From Parvularculaceae bacterium (lineage in GTDB: Bacteria; Pseudomonadota; Alphaproteobacteria; Caulobacterales; Parvularculaceae): a stretch of 57,452 nt of DNA. Position numbers and translations under genes: made by a program. Positions 30,666 through 44,698 of the stretch are shown here, piece after piece (the first letter of the stretch is position 1; every line of letters begins with the position of its first letter). The DNA lies in the NCBI GenBank assembly GCA_040081755.1, contig JBEBFW010000001.1, forward strand, positions 1 to 57,452, read 5' to 3'. Below the pieces are notes generated by a model. That model saw nothing but the letters and a program-made list of their open reading frames with translations. It did no database searches and was not told the origin of the DNA.

Positions 30666-31667
30666 ATGCGTTATTATGAGAGCGCCCTTAACGCGATCGG
30701 CGGCACACCGCTTATTAAGCTAAAAAGAGCCTCCGAGGAGACTGGCTGCACGATCCTCGGCAAGGCGGAATTCCTCAATCCCGGACAGTCGATCAAAGAC
30801 CGCGCGGCGCTCGGCATCATTCGCGACGCCGAAGCGCGCGGCGCGCTTCGTCCGGGCGGCGTCATTGTGGAGGGCACTGCGGGAAACACTGGCATCGGCC
30901 TTGCGATGGTCGCCGCGGCGCTCGGCTATCGCGCGAAAATCGTGATGCCGCGGACGCAAAGCCAGGAAAAGAAAGACGCGATACGACTGCTCGGGGCCGA
31001 GCTCATTGAAGTCGATGCCGTCCCTTACACGGATCCGAACAATTACATCCGTCAGGCGGGGCGTCTGGCCGAGGCGCTGGCGAAAAGCGAACCCAAAGGC
31101 GCGATCTGGGCCAACCAGTTCGACAACGTCGCCAACCGCGAGACGCACCGGCGGACGACGGGGCCCGAAATTTGGGAAGCGACGGGGGGCCGCATCGACG
31201 GCTTCACCTGCGCCGTGGGCACCGGCGGCACGCTCTCCGGCGTCACCGCGTTTTTGAAGGAGCGCGACAGGAGCATCCGCTGCGCGCTCACCGACCCGAT
31301 GGGCGCCAAGCTCTATTCATGGATCAAGCGCGGCGTTCTCGAAAGCGAGGGCGAGTCGATCACCGAAGGGATCGGTCAGGCGCGCATCACTGGCAACCTC
31401 GAAGGCATGGCCTTCGACGACGCCTATCGTGTGACCGACGCCGAAGCGCTGCCGCTGTTGTTCCGTCTGGTCGAGGAAGAAGGCCTCTGCCTCGGCGGCT
31501 CGTCGGGCATCAATCTTTGCGGCGCAATCAAGCTGGCGCGGGACCTCGGCCCCGGCCGGGTGATCGTCACCGTCCTCTGCGATTACGGCATGCGTTACGC
31601 CTCCAGGCTCTACAATCCGGATTTCCTCCGTAAGAAGAATTTACCGACGCCGGCGTGGATGTCGTGA
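30666..31667 (+). CDS. cysK: Cysteine synthase A
   Basis: IGGTPLI, KAEFLNPGQSIKDRAA, EGTAGNTGIG, GTGGT, ITEGIG. Confidence 0.93.
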   Translation: MRYYESALNAIGGTPLIKLKRASEETGCTILGKAEFLNPGQSIKDRAALGIIRDAEARGALRPGGVIVEGTAGNTGIGLAMVAAALGYRAKIVMPRTQSQEKKDAIRLLGAELIEVDAVPYTDPNNYIRQAGRLAEALAKSEPKGAIWANQFDNVANRETHRRTTGPEIWEATGGRIDGFTCAVGTGGTLSGVTAFLKERDRSIRCALTDPMGAKLYSWIKRGVLESEGESITEGIGQARITGNLEGMAFDDAYRVTDAEALPLLFRLVEEEGLCLGGSSGINLCGAIKLARDLGPGRVIVTVLCDYGMRYASRLYNPDFLRKKNLPTPAWMS

Positions 31668-32521
31668 GCGCGCTCCCGAAGCCGCTCGCATCGCCGGAAT
31701 GGCTCCTCGCGCATGCAGGAGACGGGGATATCAGGATCGTCGATGGTTCCTGGCGCCTGCCTGGACAAGGCGACGCGCGCGCCGCCCATGACGCGAAACA
31801 TATTCCGAATGCGGTATTTTTCCCGATCGATGAGATCGCCGACCGGACGAGCGGTCTGCCGCACATGCTGCCCGAGCAGCGCCAGTTCGAGGCGCAGGTC
31901 GGCGCGCTCGGGCTATCCGAAAACGACCGCATCGTCGTTTACGACGACCAGGGATTATTCTCCGCGGCCCGCGTGTGGTGGACGTTCCGGGCCATGGGAC
32001 ACCGCGAGATCGCCGTTCTCGACGGGGGCCTTCCCGGCTGGATCGCGGCGGGCGGGGCGACGACTGACAGGGCGAGGCAGCCCACGCCCGCGATCTATCG
32101 CGCCCGTTCAGATGCGAACTTGCGCGCCGACCACGAGGCCGTGCGCCGGTCTCTTGCAGATGGACGGGCGCTGGTCCTCGACGCGCGTCCCGCCGGACGT
32201 TTCGAGGGACGCGACCCGGAGCCAAGACCCGGTCTCCTTCAAGGCGCCATGCCGGGCGCGCGAAACATTCCTTCGGCAGCCCTGATCGCCAATGGCCGGT
32301 TGAAGCCGCGGCGCGACCTTGCGGCGATCTTCGCCGCCGCCGGGTCGGACCCCGCGACGCCCGTCATCACCACCTGCGGATCGGGCGTCACCGCGGCCAT
32401 CCTGTCGCTGGCGCTCGAGGCCCTTGGCCGTCCGCCCGCCCGTCTTTATGACGGCTCCTGGGCGGAATGGGGCCGGCTCGACAACGACCGCGCCCTCTTT
32501 CCCGTCGTTCCGGGAGCTTAG
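31664..32521 (+). CDS. sseA: 3-mercaptopyruvate/thiosulfate sulfurtransferase
   Basis: HIPNAVFF, LPHMLP, AARVWW, LDGG, DARPAGRF, TCGSGVTA, YDGSWAEW. Confidence 0.9.
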   Translation: MSALPKPLASPEWLLAHAGDGDIRIVDGSWRLPGQGDARAAHDAKHIPNAVFFPIDEIADRTSGLPHMLPEQRQFEAQVGALGLSENDRIVVYDDQGLFSAARVWWTFRAMGHREIAVLDGGLPGWIAAGGATTDRARQPTPAIYRARSDANLRADHEAVRRSLADGRALVLDARPAGRFEGRDPEPRPGLLQGAMPGARNIPSAALIANGRLKPRRDLAAIFAAAGSDPATPVITTCGSGVTAAILSLALEALGRPPARLYDGSWAEWGRLDNDRALFPVVPGA

Positions 32522-32525
32522 CCGA

Positions 32526-33047
32526 TTGGGTCGCAAGGTAGACGTCACCATCACCTATCTCGAGCAGGCGTCGCGACCGATCCTGCCGACTCCGGTGCGG
32601 CCGTCCGGCAAGACCGCGATCATGCGCGCCGAGAACCCGCCGAATTCGTTCTACCGCTACCTCTACCGGCTGGTCGGCGACCCCCATTACTGGATGAGCC
32701 GGCGCAAGCTCTCGGATGGCGAACTCTCCCGGATCATCTGCGACCCGAAAGTCTTCATCTACGTGCTCTATGTCGGCGGCGTGCCGGCCGGCATGGGAGA
32801 GGTCGATGCGCGCAATGCGGCCGCGGCGGAATTGAAGTTCTTCGGCGTTGCGCCCTCTTACCAGACCAAGGGCCTCGGGCGTTTCTTCCTGACGCATGTC
32901 ATCGATCTCGCCTGGGCCCTTGGCGTCACCAAATTGCGGCTGGAAACCTGCACGCTCGACCACCCCGCAGCCTTGCCGCTCTACCAAAAGCTCGGCTTCT
33001 CCGTGTTCGACCAGCAGATCGGCCAGGTCGAACTCCTCGACGACTGA
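32526..33047 (+). CDS. GNAT family acetyltransferase
   Basis: TITYLE, FYRYLYRLVG, FFGVAPSYQTKGLGR, ETCTLDHPAALPLYQKLGF; TTG start assumed. Confidence 0.85.
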   Translation: MGRKVDVTITYLEQASRPILPTPVRPSGKTAIMRAENPPNSFYRYLYRLVGDPHYWMSRRKLSDGELSRIICDPKVFIYVLYVGGVPAGMGEVDARNAAAAELKFFGVAPSYQTKGLGRFFLTHVIDLAWALGVTKLRLETCTLDHPAALPLYQKLGFSVFDQQIGQVELLDD

Positions 33048-33055
33048 CAGGGTCC

Positions 33056-34213
33056 ATGAAAGAAGACACCAAACTCATTTCCGCAGGCCGCCCGCACCGG
33101 CGGCCGCATCACGCCGTGAACCAGCCGGTCGAGCGCGCCTCGACGTTTCTGTTTCCGACCTATGACGATTTCGTCGATGGGGCCAAGAACATCGTCTACG
33201 GACGGCTTGGCACATCGACCCATCGCGCGCTCGAGGAAGCGGTGAACGTCCTCGAGGCAGGCCATGAGACGCGCCTTGCGCCGTCCGGTCTCGCCGCCGT
33301 CAATTACGCGCTGCTCGCCTTTTGCCGCGCCGGCGATCAGGTTCTCGTGACCGACAGCGTCTACGATCCGGTGCGCAAGTTTTGCGACAATTTTCTGGCT
33401 CGCTTCGGGGTTGAGACCGTCTACTACGACCCGCTGATCGGTGAAGACATTTCCGCGCTGCTCTCCTCCCGCACCAAGGCCGTGCTGGTGGAGACGCCCG
33501 GCTCCCTCACCTTCGAAGTGCAAGATCTCGGCGCCATCTCGGCGGCGGCGCACAAGGTCGGCGCGAGGGTCATCGTCGATAACACCTGGGCGGCCGGGTG
33601 CGTCTTCAAGCCGATCAAACACGGCGCCGATGTCAGCGTCCAGGCCGGCACCAAATACCTCGCCGGCCACGCCGATCTCCTCATCGGCACGATGACGAGC
33701 GCGGATGAGGCGTCTGCGCGCGCCGTGTTTCAGACGCTCCTGCAGCTCGGCTCAAACGTTTCCGCCGACGACGCCTATCTCGCCCTGCGCGGTTTGCGCA
33801 CGCTGAAGACACGAATGGCGCGGCATGAAGAGACTGGCATGAAGCTCGCCAAATGGCTCGGCAAGCGCGCCGAAGTCGAGCGGGTGCTTCACCCGGCCTT
33901 CAAGTCCTGCCCGGGGCACGCGACCTGGAAACGCGACTTCAGCGGCGCGTCCGGCCTCTTCAGCGTCGTGATGAAGCCTCTCCGCCCGGCCCAGATCAAG
34001 GCGTATTTCAATGCGCTGAAGATCTTCGGCATCGGCTATTCCTGGGGCGGCTTTGAGAGCCTTTGCGTGCATGTGAAGCCCGAGAAGGCAAGGACCGCCG
34101 AACCCTGGCAGGAGACGGGACCCGTGTTCCGCTTCAGCGCCGGTCTCGAAGACGCCGACGATTTGATCGCCGATATCGATCGCGCCTTCACCGCTATGGC
34201 GGGCGCCAAGTGA
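33056..34213 (+). CDS. metC: Cystathionine beta-lyase
   Basis: VNQPVERAST, YGRLGT, ETPGSLTFEVQD, DNTWA, TKYLAGHAD, GYSWGGFES. Confidence 0.93.
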   Translation: MKEDTKLISAGRPHRRPHHAVNQPVERASTFLFPTYDDFVDGAKNIVYGRLGTSTHRALEEAVNVLEAGHETRLAPSGLAAVNYALLAFCRAGDQVLVTDSVYDPVRKFCDNFLARFGVETVYYDPLIGEDISALLSSRTKAVLVETPGSLTFEVQDLGAISAAAHKVGARVIVDNTWAAGCVFKPIKHGADVSVQAGTKYLAGHADLLIGTMTSADEASARAVFQTLLQLGSNVSADDAYLALRGLRTLKTRMARHEETGMKLAKWLGKRAEVERVLHPAFKSCPGHATWKRDFSGASGLFSVVMKPLRPAQIKAYFNALKIFGIGYSWGGFESLCVHVKPEKARTAEPWQETGPVFRFSAGLEDADDLIADIDRAFTAMAGAK

Positions 34214-34228
34214 CCCTTGAGGTGAACC

Positions 34229-34552
34229 ATGACCAGACTCCTCCTCGCTCGCGCGCTCCAGTTGGGAACGGCCTGCGCCGCCCTTGGCGCTTGCGAGAGC
34301 ATTTCGGGCGGCCCGAGGACGACCGAAATCGTCACGGACCCGCCGGGCGCCTTGGTGCGCGTCGAAGGCTACGGCGAATGCCTCTCGCCTTGCGTCATCG
34401 AGTTCGACGCGCCGCGAACGATCATAGTAGCCAAAGAAGGCTTTAGGGCCCAAAGGCTCGCCATCAAGCCAGGCAAGGCCCGCATTCTCCTCAAGCTCGA
34501 CCTCGTCGCACCCACGACGGACGTCGAGGAAACCGAGATGCCGAAGCTTTAG
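34229..34552 (+). CDS. PEGA-like lipoprotein
   Basis: Lipobox LGAC; IVTDPPGALV...C.SPC...AKEGF. Confidence 0.75.
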   Translation: MTRLLLARALQLGTACAALGACESISGGPRTTEIVTDPPGALVRVEGYGECLSPCVIEFDAPRTIIVAKEGFRAQRLAIKPGKARILLKLDLVAPTTDVEETEMPKL

Positions 34553-34559
34553 GAAGAGG

Positions 34560-34905
34560 CGCTGGCTTAGGAAAAAGCGCTCCGGCGCGTCGCCCAAAAT
34601 TCGGGCGCAGTTTCCCGATGCCCTCCCGCGCATGCGCAAAAAGGCTGGCTTTCATTCAAACGCCGGACAGCGACAGGGCCGACACGGCGTTCCGCATTCA
34701 CTTGTCAAAGAGCAGCGACGGCTCATGGAGCCTGACGCGAGACGGCAAGACTTTCGTCTTGCGGAGGTAGCGCTTTGCTCGCTCCGTGCAGTCCACGGCG
34801 GGCTCGCGACGGCGACGCTATGCGCCGTCGAATCTTGCCGCCGAATTGGCTCGGAGACTCTTGAGCCGCGCGATCTTCCGTAAAATCGGAAGGCCTGCCG
34901 CCTCA
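34560..34905 (-). ncRNA. Candidate structured non-coding RNA
   Basis: Downstream of a near-consensus promoter; several hairpins, a GAAA tetraloop and boxA; no credible ORF. Confidence 0.35.
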
Positions 34906-34911
34906 GCCGGG

Positions 34912-34940
34912 ACTATATGATAAGTAGGCAGACGACTCAA
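34912..34940 (-). promoter_or_regulatory. sigma70 promoter facing the gene-free region
   Basis: Minus strand TTGAGT-N17-TATAGT. Confidence 0.6.
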
Positions 34941-35004
34941 GCGGATTTCCGCGTCCCACGTCATTTTCATCCGTAAGCTGTATTTTTCAACCGGCGCGCA
35001 AGAA

Positions 35005-39603
<4,599 letters not shown>

Positions 39604-39652
39604 GGCGGATTCGCGTCGCAGGCTAATGGATTCGGGCCCGCGGCGAAACCGG

Positions 39653-40714
39653 TCAGGTAGCCCGGACCCGATCCGCCGTGCTCGAGATCGCCCTCGCCGC
39701 CCTGTCGATCGAGGCGGGCGACATGTCCGCCATCGCGATCTCGATGAGAGGCGCGCCAGCCCTCGCGCCCGCTCCTCGGGCGTAGAGCGGATCGTAATGA
39801 TCGCACATCAGTTCAAGGGCGAGCGGGCGATAATCCCGCACCTCGGCAAGCTTCACCCAGCGCTCGACCTTGGCCTTGGCGTGGAATGGCCGCAGACGGT
39901 TGACCGCATTACGGACGCGAAGCGGATCGGCGGTCATGTCGGCATAGGCGCCGAGAATGTGGTCCGCGCGCGCCTCGGCGCCGGCGGCGATCGCGACATG
40001 CGCCGCCGCCCGCATGGACAGCCAGACCCGGCGCGGGAGGACGCAGCGCCCGATCTGGGCGGACTCGGCCTCGAGGATGATCGTTCGCGTTCGGTCGAGG
40101 CGGCTGAGGCGATCCCAAAGAAGGGACTCAAAGAGCTTCTGTCCAGGCTGGGCTTGCCCGACCGCGCCGAAGACCGAACCGCGGTGCGCCGCCAGGGCTT
40201 CGAGATCGACGGCCTGTGCGCCATTATCGATCAGTTGCCGGATGATGGCGGACTTTCCCGTTCCGGTCGGCCCATCGACGAGCAGGAACAGGAAGAGCTC
40301 CGCCCCGTCATGCAATTCGGCGACGACCTTGCGCCGCCAGGTCTTGTAGCCGCCATCGAGGACGCCGACGCGCCAGCCGATCTGCGAAAGAATGGTGGCG
40401 AAAGCGTTCGAACGCTGCCCTCCGCGCCAGCAATAGAGGAGCGGTCGCCATTTGGCGGGCTTGTCCTTGAGCGCCGTCTCCAGATGAAGCGCCGCATTGC
40501 GCGCCACCAGCGCAGCGCCGATGCGCCGGGCCCGAAATCGCGAGTCCTGCGTATAGATCGTGCCGACCTCGGCGCGTTCCTCGTTCGACAGAACGGGCAG
40601 GTTTTGCGCCTGCGGCAGCCGGTCCTGCGCAAACTCCGCAGGCGAGCGCACATCGATAATGTCGTCGTAAAGGGCAAGGCTCGCAGGCGAGAGGTCGATG
40701 ACGGGCTCGATCAT
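39653..40714 (-). CDS. mnmH: tRNA 2-selenouridine synthase
   Basis: Rhodanese IDVRSPAEF..YCWRGGQRS plus P-loop GPTGTGKS, DLEALAAHRGS, EAES; divergent from selD. Confidence 0.93.
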   Translation of the reverse strand: MIEPVIDLSPASLALYDDIIDVRSPAEFAQDRLPQAQNLPVLSNEERAEVGTIYTQDSRFRARRIGAALVARNAALHLETALKDKPAKWRPLLYCWRGGQRSNAFATILSQIGWRVGVLDGGYKTWRRKVVAELHDGAELFLFLLVDGPTGTGKSAIIRQLIDNGAQAVDLEALAAHRGSVFGAVGQAQPGQKLFESLLWDRLSRLDRTRTIILEAESAQIGRCVLPRRVWLSMRAAAHVAIAAGAEARADHILGAYADMTADPLRVRNAVNRLRPFHAKAKVERWVKLAEVRDYRPLALELMCDHYDPLYARGAGARAGAPLIEIAMADMSPASIDRAARAISSTADRVRAT

Positions 40715-40812
40715 AACGGCAGTAGGCAATGGTCCGCGGGCCCCAGGCAATAGGGTAGAACGAGGCGGCTCGGCCCATTGCCCAATGCGCATCGCGCCTT
40801 AAAGATGTCTGC

Positions 40813-41862
40813 ATGGACCCCACGCCGCATGAACCCCCGCTTACCTCACTCGCGCATGGCGGAGGATGCGGATGCAAACTTGCGCCCGGCGTCCTCGCCG
40901 AGATCCTGGCGGGGACACCCCTGGCGCTCGCTCATCCGCAGCTCCTCGTCGATGCATCGACCAGCGACGACGCCGCCGTCTATCAGGTGAGCGCGGACGC
41001 GGCGATCGTCGCGACGACCGATTTCTTCACGCCCATTGTCGACGACCCATTCGAATTCGGGCGGATCGCCGCGACCAACGCTCTCTCGGACGTCTACGCC
41101 ATGGGCGGGCGGCCGATCTTTTCGCTCGCTATCGTCGGCATGCCCATCGGCAAGCTCAGCATCGGGACGATCCAGAAGATCCTCGAAGGCGGACGCAGCG
41201 TCGCCGAGCTCGCGGGCGCGCCGATCGCAGGCGGACATTCAATCGACGCCGCCGAGCCGATCTACGGTCTGGTCGCGCTGGGGCTTGTTCACCCCAGGAA
41301 AATTCTGCGCAACAAGGGGGCTCGCGCAGGAGATGTGCTCATCCTCGGCAAGCCTCTGGGGATTGGCATATTCAGCGCAGCGCTGAAGCGCGGCGCCCTT
41401 GACGGCGCAAGCTACCGCGCAATGATCGACTCGACGACGCGGCTCAATACGCCGGGCGCAGAGCTCTCAGGGATAGCCGGCGTTCATGCGGCGACGGATG
41501 TCACCGGATTCGGCCTGCTCGGGCATCTTGGCGAAATCGTTCGCGCCAGCGCCGTGCGCGCCGTTATCGATCGGCCGGTTCCTGTTTTTCCCGCGGCCGA
41601 AGCGCTCGTCCGCGACGGCGTGAAGACGGGCGCATCGGCTCGCAACTGGGCGAGCGTCGCGCCGATCGTCGAGGCGCCGGAAGACTGGCCGCAGCACCGG
41701 CGCGACCTCTTCTGCGATCCGCAAACCAGCGGCGGCCTTCTGGTCTCTTGCGCGCCGGAAAGCACGGAGTCCGTGCTCGCCGTCTTCCGCGCGCATGGGC
41801 ACACGGCAGCCGCCGTCATCGGCCGCATTGAGGACGGCGCCCCGGGTATTGTCGTGAACTGA
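40813..41862 (+). CDS. selD: Selenide, water dikinase (Cys form)
   Basis: AHGGGCGCKL, DDAAV, TTDFFTPIVDDP, NALSDVYAMGG, TDVTGFGL, DPQTSGGLL. Confidence 0.96.
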   Translation: MDPTPHEPPLTSLAHGGGCGCKLAPGVLAEILAGTPLALAHPQLLVDASTSDDAAVYQVSADAAIVATTDFFTPIVDDPFEFGRIAATNALSDVYAMGGRPIFSLAIVGMPIGKLSIGTIQKILEGGRSVAELAGAPIAGGHSIDAAEPIYGLVALGLVHPRKILRNKGARAGDVLILGKPLGIGIFSAALKRGALDGASYRAMIDSTTRLNTPGAELSGIAGVHAATDVTGFGLLGHLGEIVRASAVRAVIDRPVPVFPAAEALVRDGVKTGASARNWASVAPIVEAPEDWPQHRRDLFCDPQTSGGLLVSCAPESTESVLAVFRAHGHTAAAVIGRIEDGAPGIVVN

Positions 41863-41865
41863 AGC

Positions 41866-42825
41866 TTAACGCCGCGAGCGCGCCCGGATGGAGCGCACCG
41901 TGCCGGTCTTCGAGCGCATGATGACAGTGTGCGTGTTGATGTAGCCCGGCTCCCATTTGACGCCGTCAAGGAGCATGCCGTTGGTGACTCCGGTCGCGGC
42001 GAAGATGACGTCGCCGCCGCAGAGATCCGTGAGGCCGTATTTGCGGTTGAGATCCGTGATCCCGGCCTTGGCCGCGCGCGCTTTTTCGTCAGCATTCCTG
42101 AAGACAAGCCGCCCCTGCATCTGCCCGCCGACGCAGCGGAGCGCCGCGGCGGCGAGAACGCCCTCCGGTGCGCCGCCCTGACCGACATACATGTCGATGC
42201 CGGTCGAGGGATCGGTCGTGTGAATGACGCCGGCGACATCGCCGTCCGAGATCAGAAAGACGCGCGCGCCGACGCGCCGGGCCGCCTCGACGATGTGATC
42301 GTGGCGCGGCCGCTCGAGCACGCACAGCGTCATGTCCGCGGGCGCGACGCCCTTCGCTTTCGCGAGCGCATGGATATTGTCCTCGACCGGACGATCGAGA
42401 TCGACGACGCCGTCGGGATAGCCGGGGCCGATGGCGATCTTGTCCATGTAGGTGTCGGGCGCATGCAGCATGGCGCCGCCGGTTGCAAGCGCGATGACCG
42501 CGAGCGCGCCGCCCATCGCCTTGGCGGTCAAGTCTGTGCCTTCGAGAGGATCGAGCGCGATGTCGATCCTCGGGCCCCTGCCCGTGCCCACCTTCTCGCC
42601 GATAAAGAGCATGGGCGCTTCGTCGCGCTCGCCTTCGCCGATGACCACCGTCCCGTCGATATCGAGCTTGTTGAACGCCTCGCGCAGGGCCGTCACGGCC
42701 GCCTGGTCCGCCCCGTGCCGGTCACCCCGGCCGATAAGGGTCGATGCGGCGACGGCCGCAGCCTCGGTGCAGCGGCCGGTTTCCATCGTCAGCACCCGGT
42801 CCAGGAAAGTTTCCTGCTCGCGCAT
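41866..42825 (-). CDS. glpX: Class II fructose-1,6-bisphosphatase
   Basis: ADQAAV, VVIGEGERDEAPML, DPLEGT, DGDVAG, GGAPEGV. Confidence 0.96.
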   Translation of the reverse strand: MREQETFLDRVLTMETGRCTEAAAVAASTLIGRGDRHGADQAAVTALREAFNKLDIDGTVVIGEGERDEAPMLFIGEKVGTGRGPRIDIALDPLEGTDLTAKAMGGALAVIALATGGAMLHAPDTYMDKIAIGPGYPDGVVDLDRPVEDNIHALAKAKGVAPADMTLCVLERPRHDHIVEAARRVGARVFLISDGDVAGVIHTTDPSTGIDMYVGQGGAPEGVLAAAALRCVGGQMQGRLVFRNADEKARAAKAGITDLNRKYGLTDLCGGDVIFAATGVTNGMLLDGVKWEPGYINTHTVIMRSKTGTVRSIRARSRR

Positions 42826-42894
42826 TCTTGAGTCCTCAGTTTATTGAGCTTCCGCTTGGCGGAACGCAGGCCCGACATCAATAGGCGATGCAAC

Positions 42895-42923
42895 AAAAAA
42901 CGGCCCCGTGCGGGGCCGTTTTT
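42895..42923. terminator. Intrinsic (probably bidirectional) terminator after the OMP gene
   Basis: AAAAAACGGCCCC-GTGC-GGGGCCGTTTTT. Confidence 0.85.
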
Positions 42924-42944
42924 CGCAGTGCGTCCGTTTTCGGA

Positions 42945-43772
42945 CTAGAAATTGTAGTTGAGGCCGAACTCAGCCGAATGATAGCCGGGCGTGCCCGACT
43001 GGCTGGTGCCGAGATAGCGGTAGGCCCCTTCGAGCGAAATCTGTTCGGACACGTTCACCTCAAGACCGGCGCGGCCGGTGTAGACAAACGTCAGGTCGCC
43101 GTCGGAGACTTCCGTGACGCCGTCATCGACATTCGCGTGGAAGTAGCCGGGACCGATGGCGACCGAGGCGAACGGGCTCACCGCATCGGAGAGCAGGTAG
43201 TTCCAGCGCAGGCCGCCGACGGCCGCGAGGCCCCAGGTCGTCACATCGACTGGCGTGCCGAGCACATCGAAGGTCTCGCTGTCGCGCGAATAGATCAGTT
43301 CGCCTTCGAGGCCGAAGCGCGAACGCCCTGACTCTCTCCAGGTCTTCCGATAGCCCGCGGAGAATCCGAGCGCATCGTAATCGCCGGCGCCGCTGCCGTC
43401 GAAAACATAACCGCCTCTGACGAAAGCGGTCCGGCCGTAGGAATTGTAGACCGAGCCGCGCGACGAGGATGACGACGAGGACGATCCGGAATCTTCCTCA
43501 CGTCCGTCGGCGCTCGCATAGGTCGGGCCCGCAACTTCCGCGCCTGCCAGCGCGGCGGAGACGACGCCATCGTCCCTCGCCGCCTGGGTCGGGGCGGCCG
43601 GCACGTTCAGTTCCGGGGTTTGCAGCCTGTCCTCGGCGCGGATCCGGGCCCGCACCGCTTGCGCATCCGCCCCGCAGACCAGCTGGCCGGCCGCGTTCTC
43701 GATGCATTCGTCTTGCGCGTTCGCCGCGCCGGAAGCGAGCAGCGACAGCGCCGCAATGGTGACAGTTCTCAT
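42945..43772 (-). CDS. Outer membrane beta-barrel protein
   Basis: Signal peptide, low-complexity linker, amphipathic strands, C-terminal GLNYNF. Confidence 0.85.
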   Translation of the reverse strand: MRTVTIAALSLLASGAANAQDECIENAAGQLVCGADAQAVRARIRAEDRLQTPELNVPAAPTQAARDDGVVSAALAGAEVAGPTYASADGREEDSGSSSSSSSSRGSVYNSYGRTAFVRGGYVFDGSGAGDYDALGFSAGYRKTWRESGRSRFGLEGELIYSRDSETFDVLGTPVDVTTWGLAAVGGLRWNYLLSDAVSPFASVAIGPGYFHANVDDGVTEVSDGDLTFVYTGRAGLEVNVSEQISLEGAYRYLGTSQSGTPGYHSAEFGLNYNF

Positions 43773-43819
43773 GGATCGCGCCTTTCAATAGAACAGGCGC
43801 GAATAGAATCCGGCAAGAC

Positions 43820-43845
43820 CTAATTTCTGGTTAACGGCCGCTTAA
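43820..43845. promoter_or_regulatory. Overlapping CtrA boxes upstream of the OMP gene
   Basis: CTAA-N7-TTAAC and GTTAA-N7-TTAA (perfect TTAA-N7-TTAAC on the minus strand); GANTC at 43806. Confidence 0.75.
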
Positions 43846-43848
43846 GGA

Positions 43849-44568
43849 TCAGGGCCGGCCGAAGCGGAGCATGTAATTATCCGTCAGGCCCTCGACCGGA
43901 ATCTCGACGGCGCGGCCGAAACCGAAAGACTCGATCTCCGCCGCGAGGTCCGCTTTGCCGAAACGCACATGCCGATGGTCGGGCGGCGCCGTTTCGCCGG
44001 GCGCGACGTCGTAGTCGACGATATAAAGGGCGCCGCCGGGCCTCAGGGCCTCAAGCACCGTCGACATGATCGCCGACGGATTCTCGAAATAGTGATAAGT
44101 GTCGCAGATGAAGACCGCATCGACCGAGGCCGCCGGCAGCGTAATCGAATCGGTGCGCCCCAACACCGAAATGATGTTGTCCCGGCCGTCATCTTCCGCC
44201 CGCTGATTGATGAGCTTCAAGAAGCGCGGTTCGATATCGACGGCGAAGACGGCTCCCTTGGCCCCGACCTTCTCCGAGAACAGCATGGAATAGATGCCGG
44301 TGCCGGCGCCGATATCGGCGATGCGTGCGCCCTCGGGCAGGCTCACCGCGGCGGCGACGGCGTTGCGCGCCGAGTAGATCTCCCGGCTCCCGACCTCCAT
44401 TCGCTCGAGCCACACCTCAAGATTGGCGGGGTCGTCGGGATAGGGATCCTCGGCGGGCGCCGCGTCCTTCTCGACCTCCGCGGCCGGCCGGCCGCACGCG
44501 GCGGCGACGATCCCAAATAGAGCAACAGCCGCCATGCGGCATCGAGCGCCCAGCCTGCGGCGATGCAT
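43849..44568 (-). CDS. SAM-dependent methyltransferase, probable lipoprotein (start uncertain)
   Basis: AAACG lipobox-like; IADIGAGTG, VFAVDI, CDTYHYF, LRPGG. Confidence 0.82.
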   Translation of the reverse strand: MHRRRLGARCRMAAVALFGIVAAACGRPAAEVEKDAAPAEDPYPDDPANLEVWLERMEVGSREIYSARNAVAAAVSLPEGARIADIGAGTGIYSMLFSEKVGAKGAVFAVDIEPRFLKLINQRAEDDGRDNIISVLGRTDSITLPAASVDAVFICDTYHYFENPSAIMSTVLEALRPGGALYIVDYDVAPGETAPPDHRHVRFGKADLAAEIESFGFGRAVEIPVEGLTDNYMLRFGRP

Positions 44569-44698
44569 ATCCTGAACCCAGCCCATCCCTTGCGCCAATC
44601 TAACCGGAATCGGGCCCTGCACAATGCGCAACAGCCGCCCTCGATGCCAGGGGCGGCTGCAGCGATCTCAAATCGGTGATGGCAGGCTTTCGCCGGCT

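Noticed and set aside
40813-40880. Selenocysteine in SelD
   Set aside because: Active-site codons are TGC (GCGCK); no in-frame TGA
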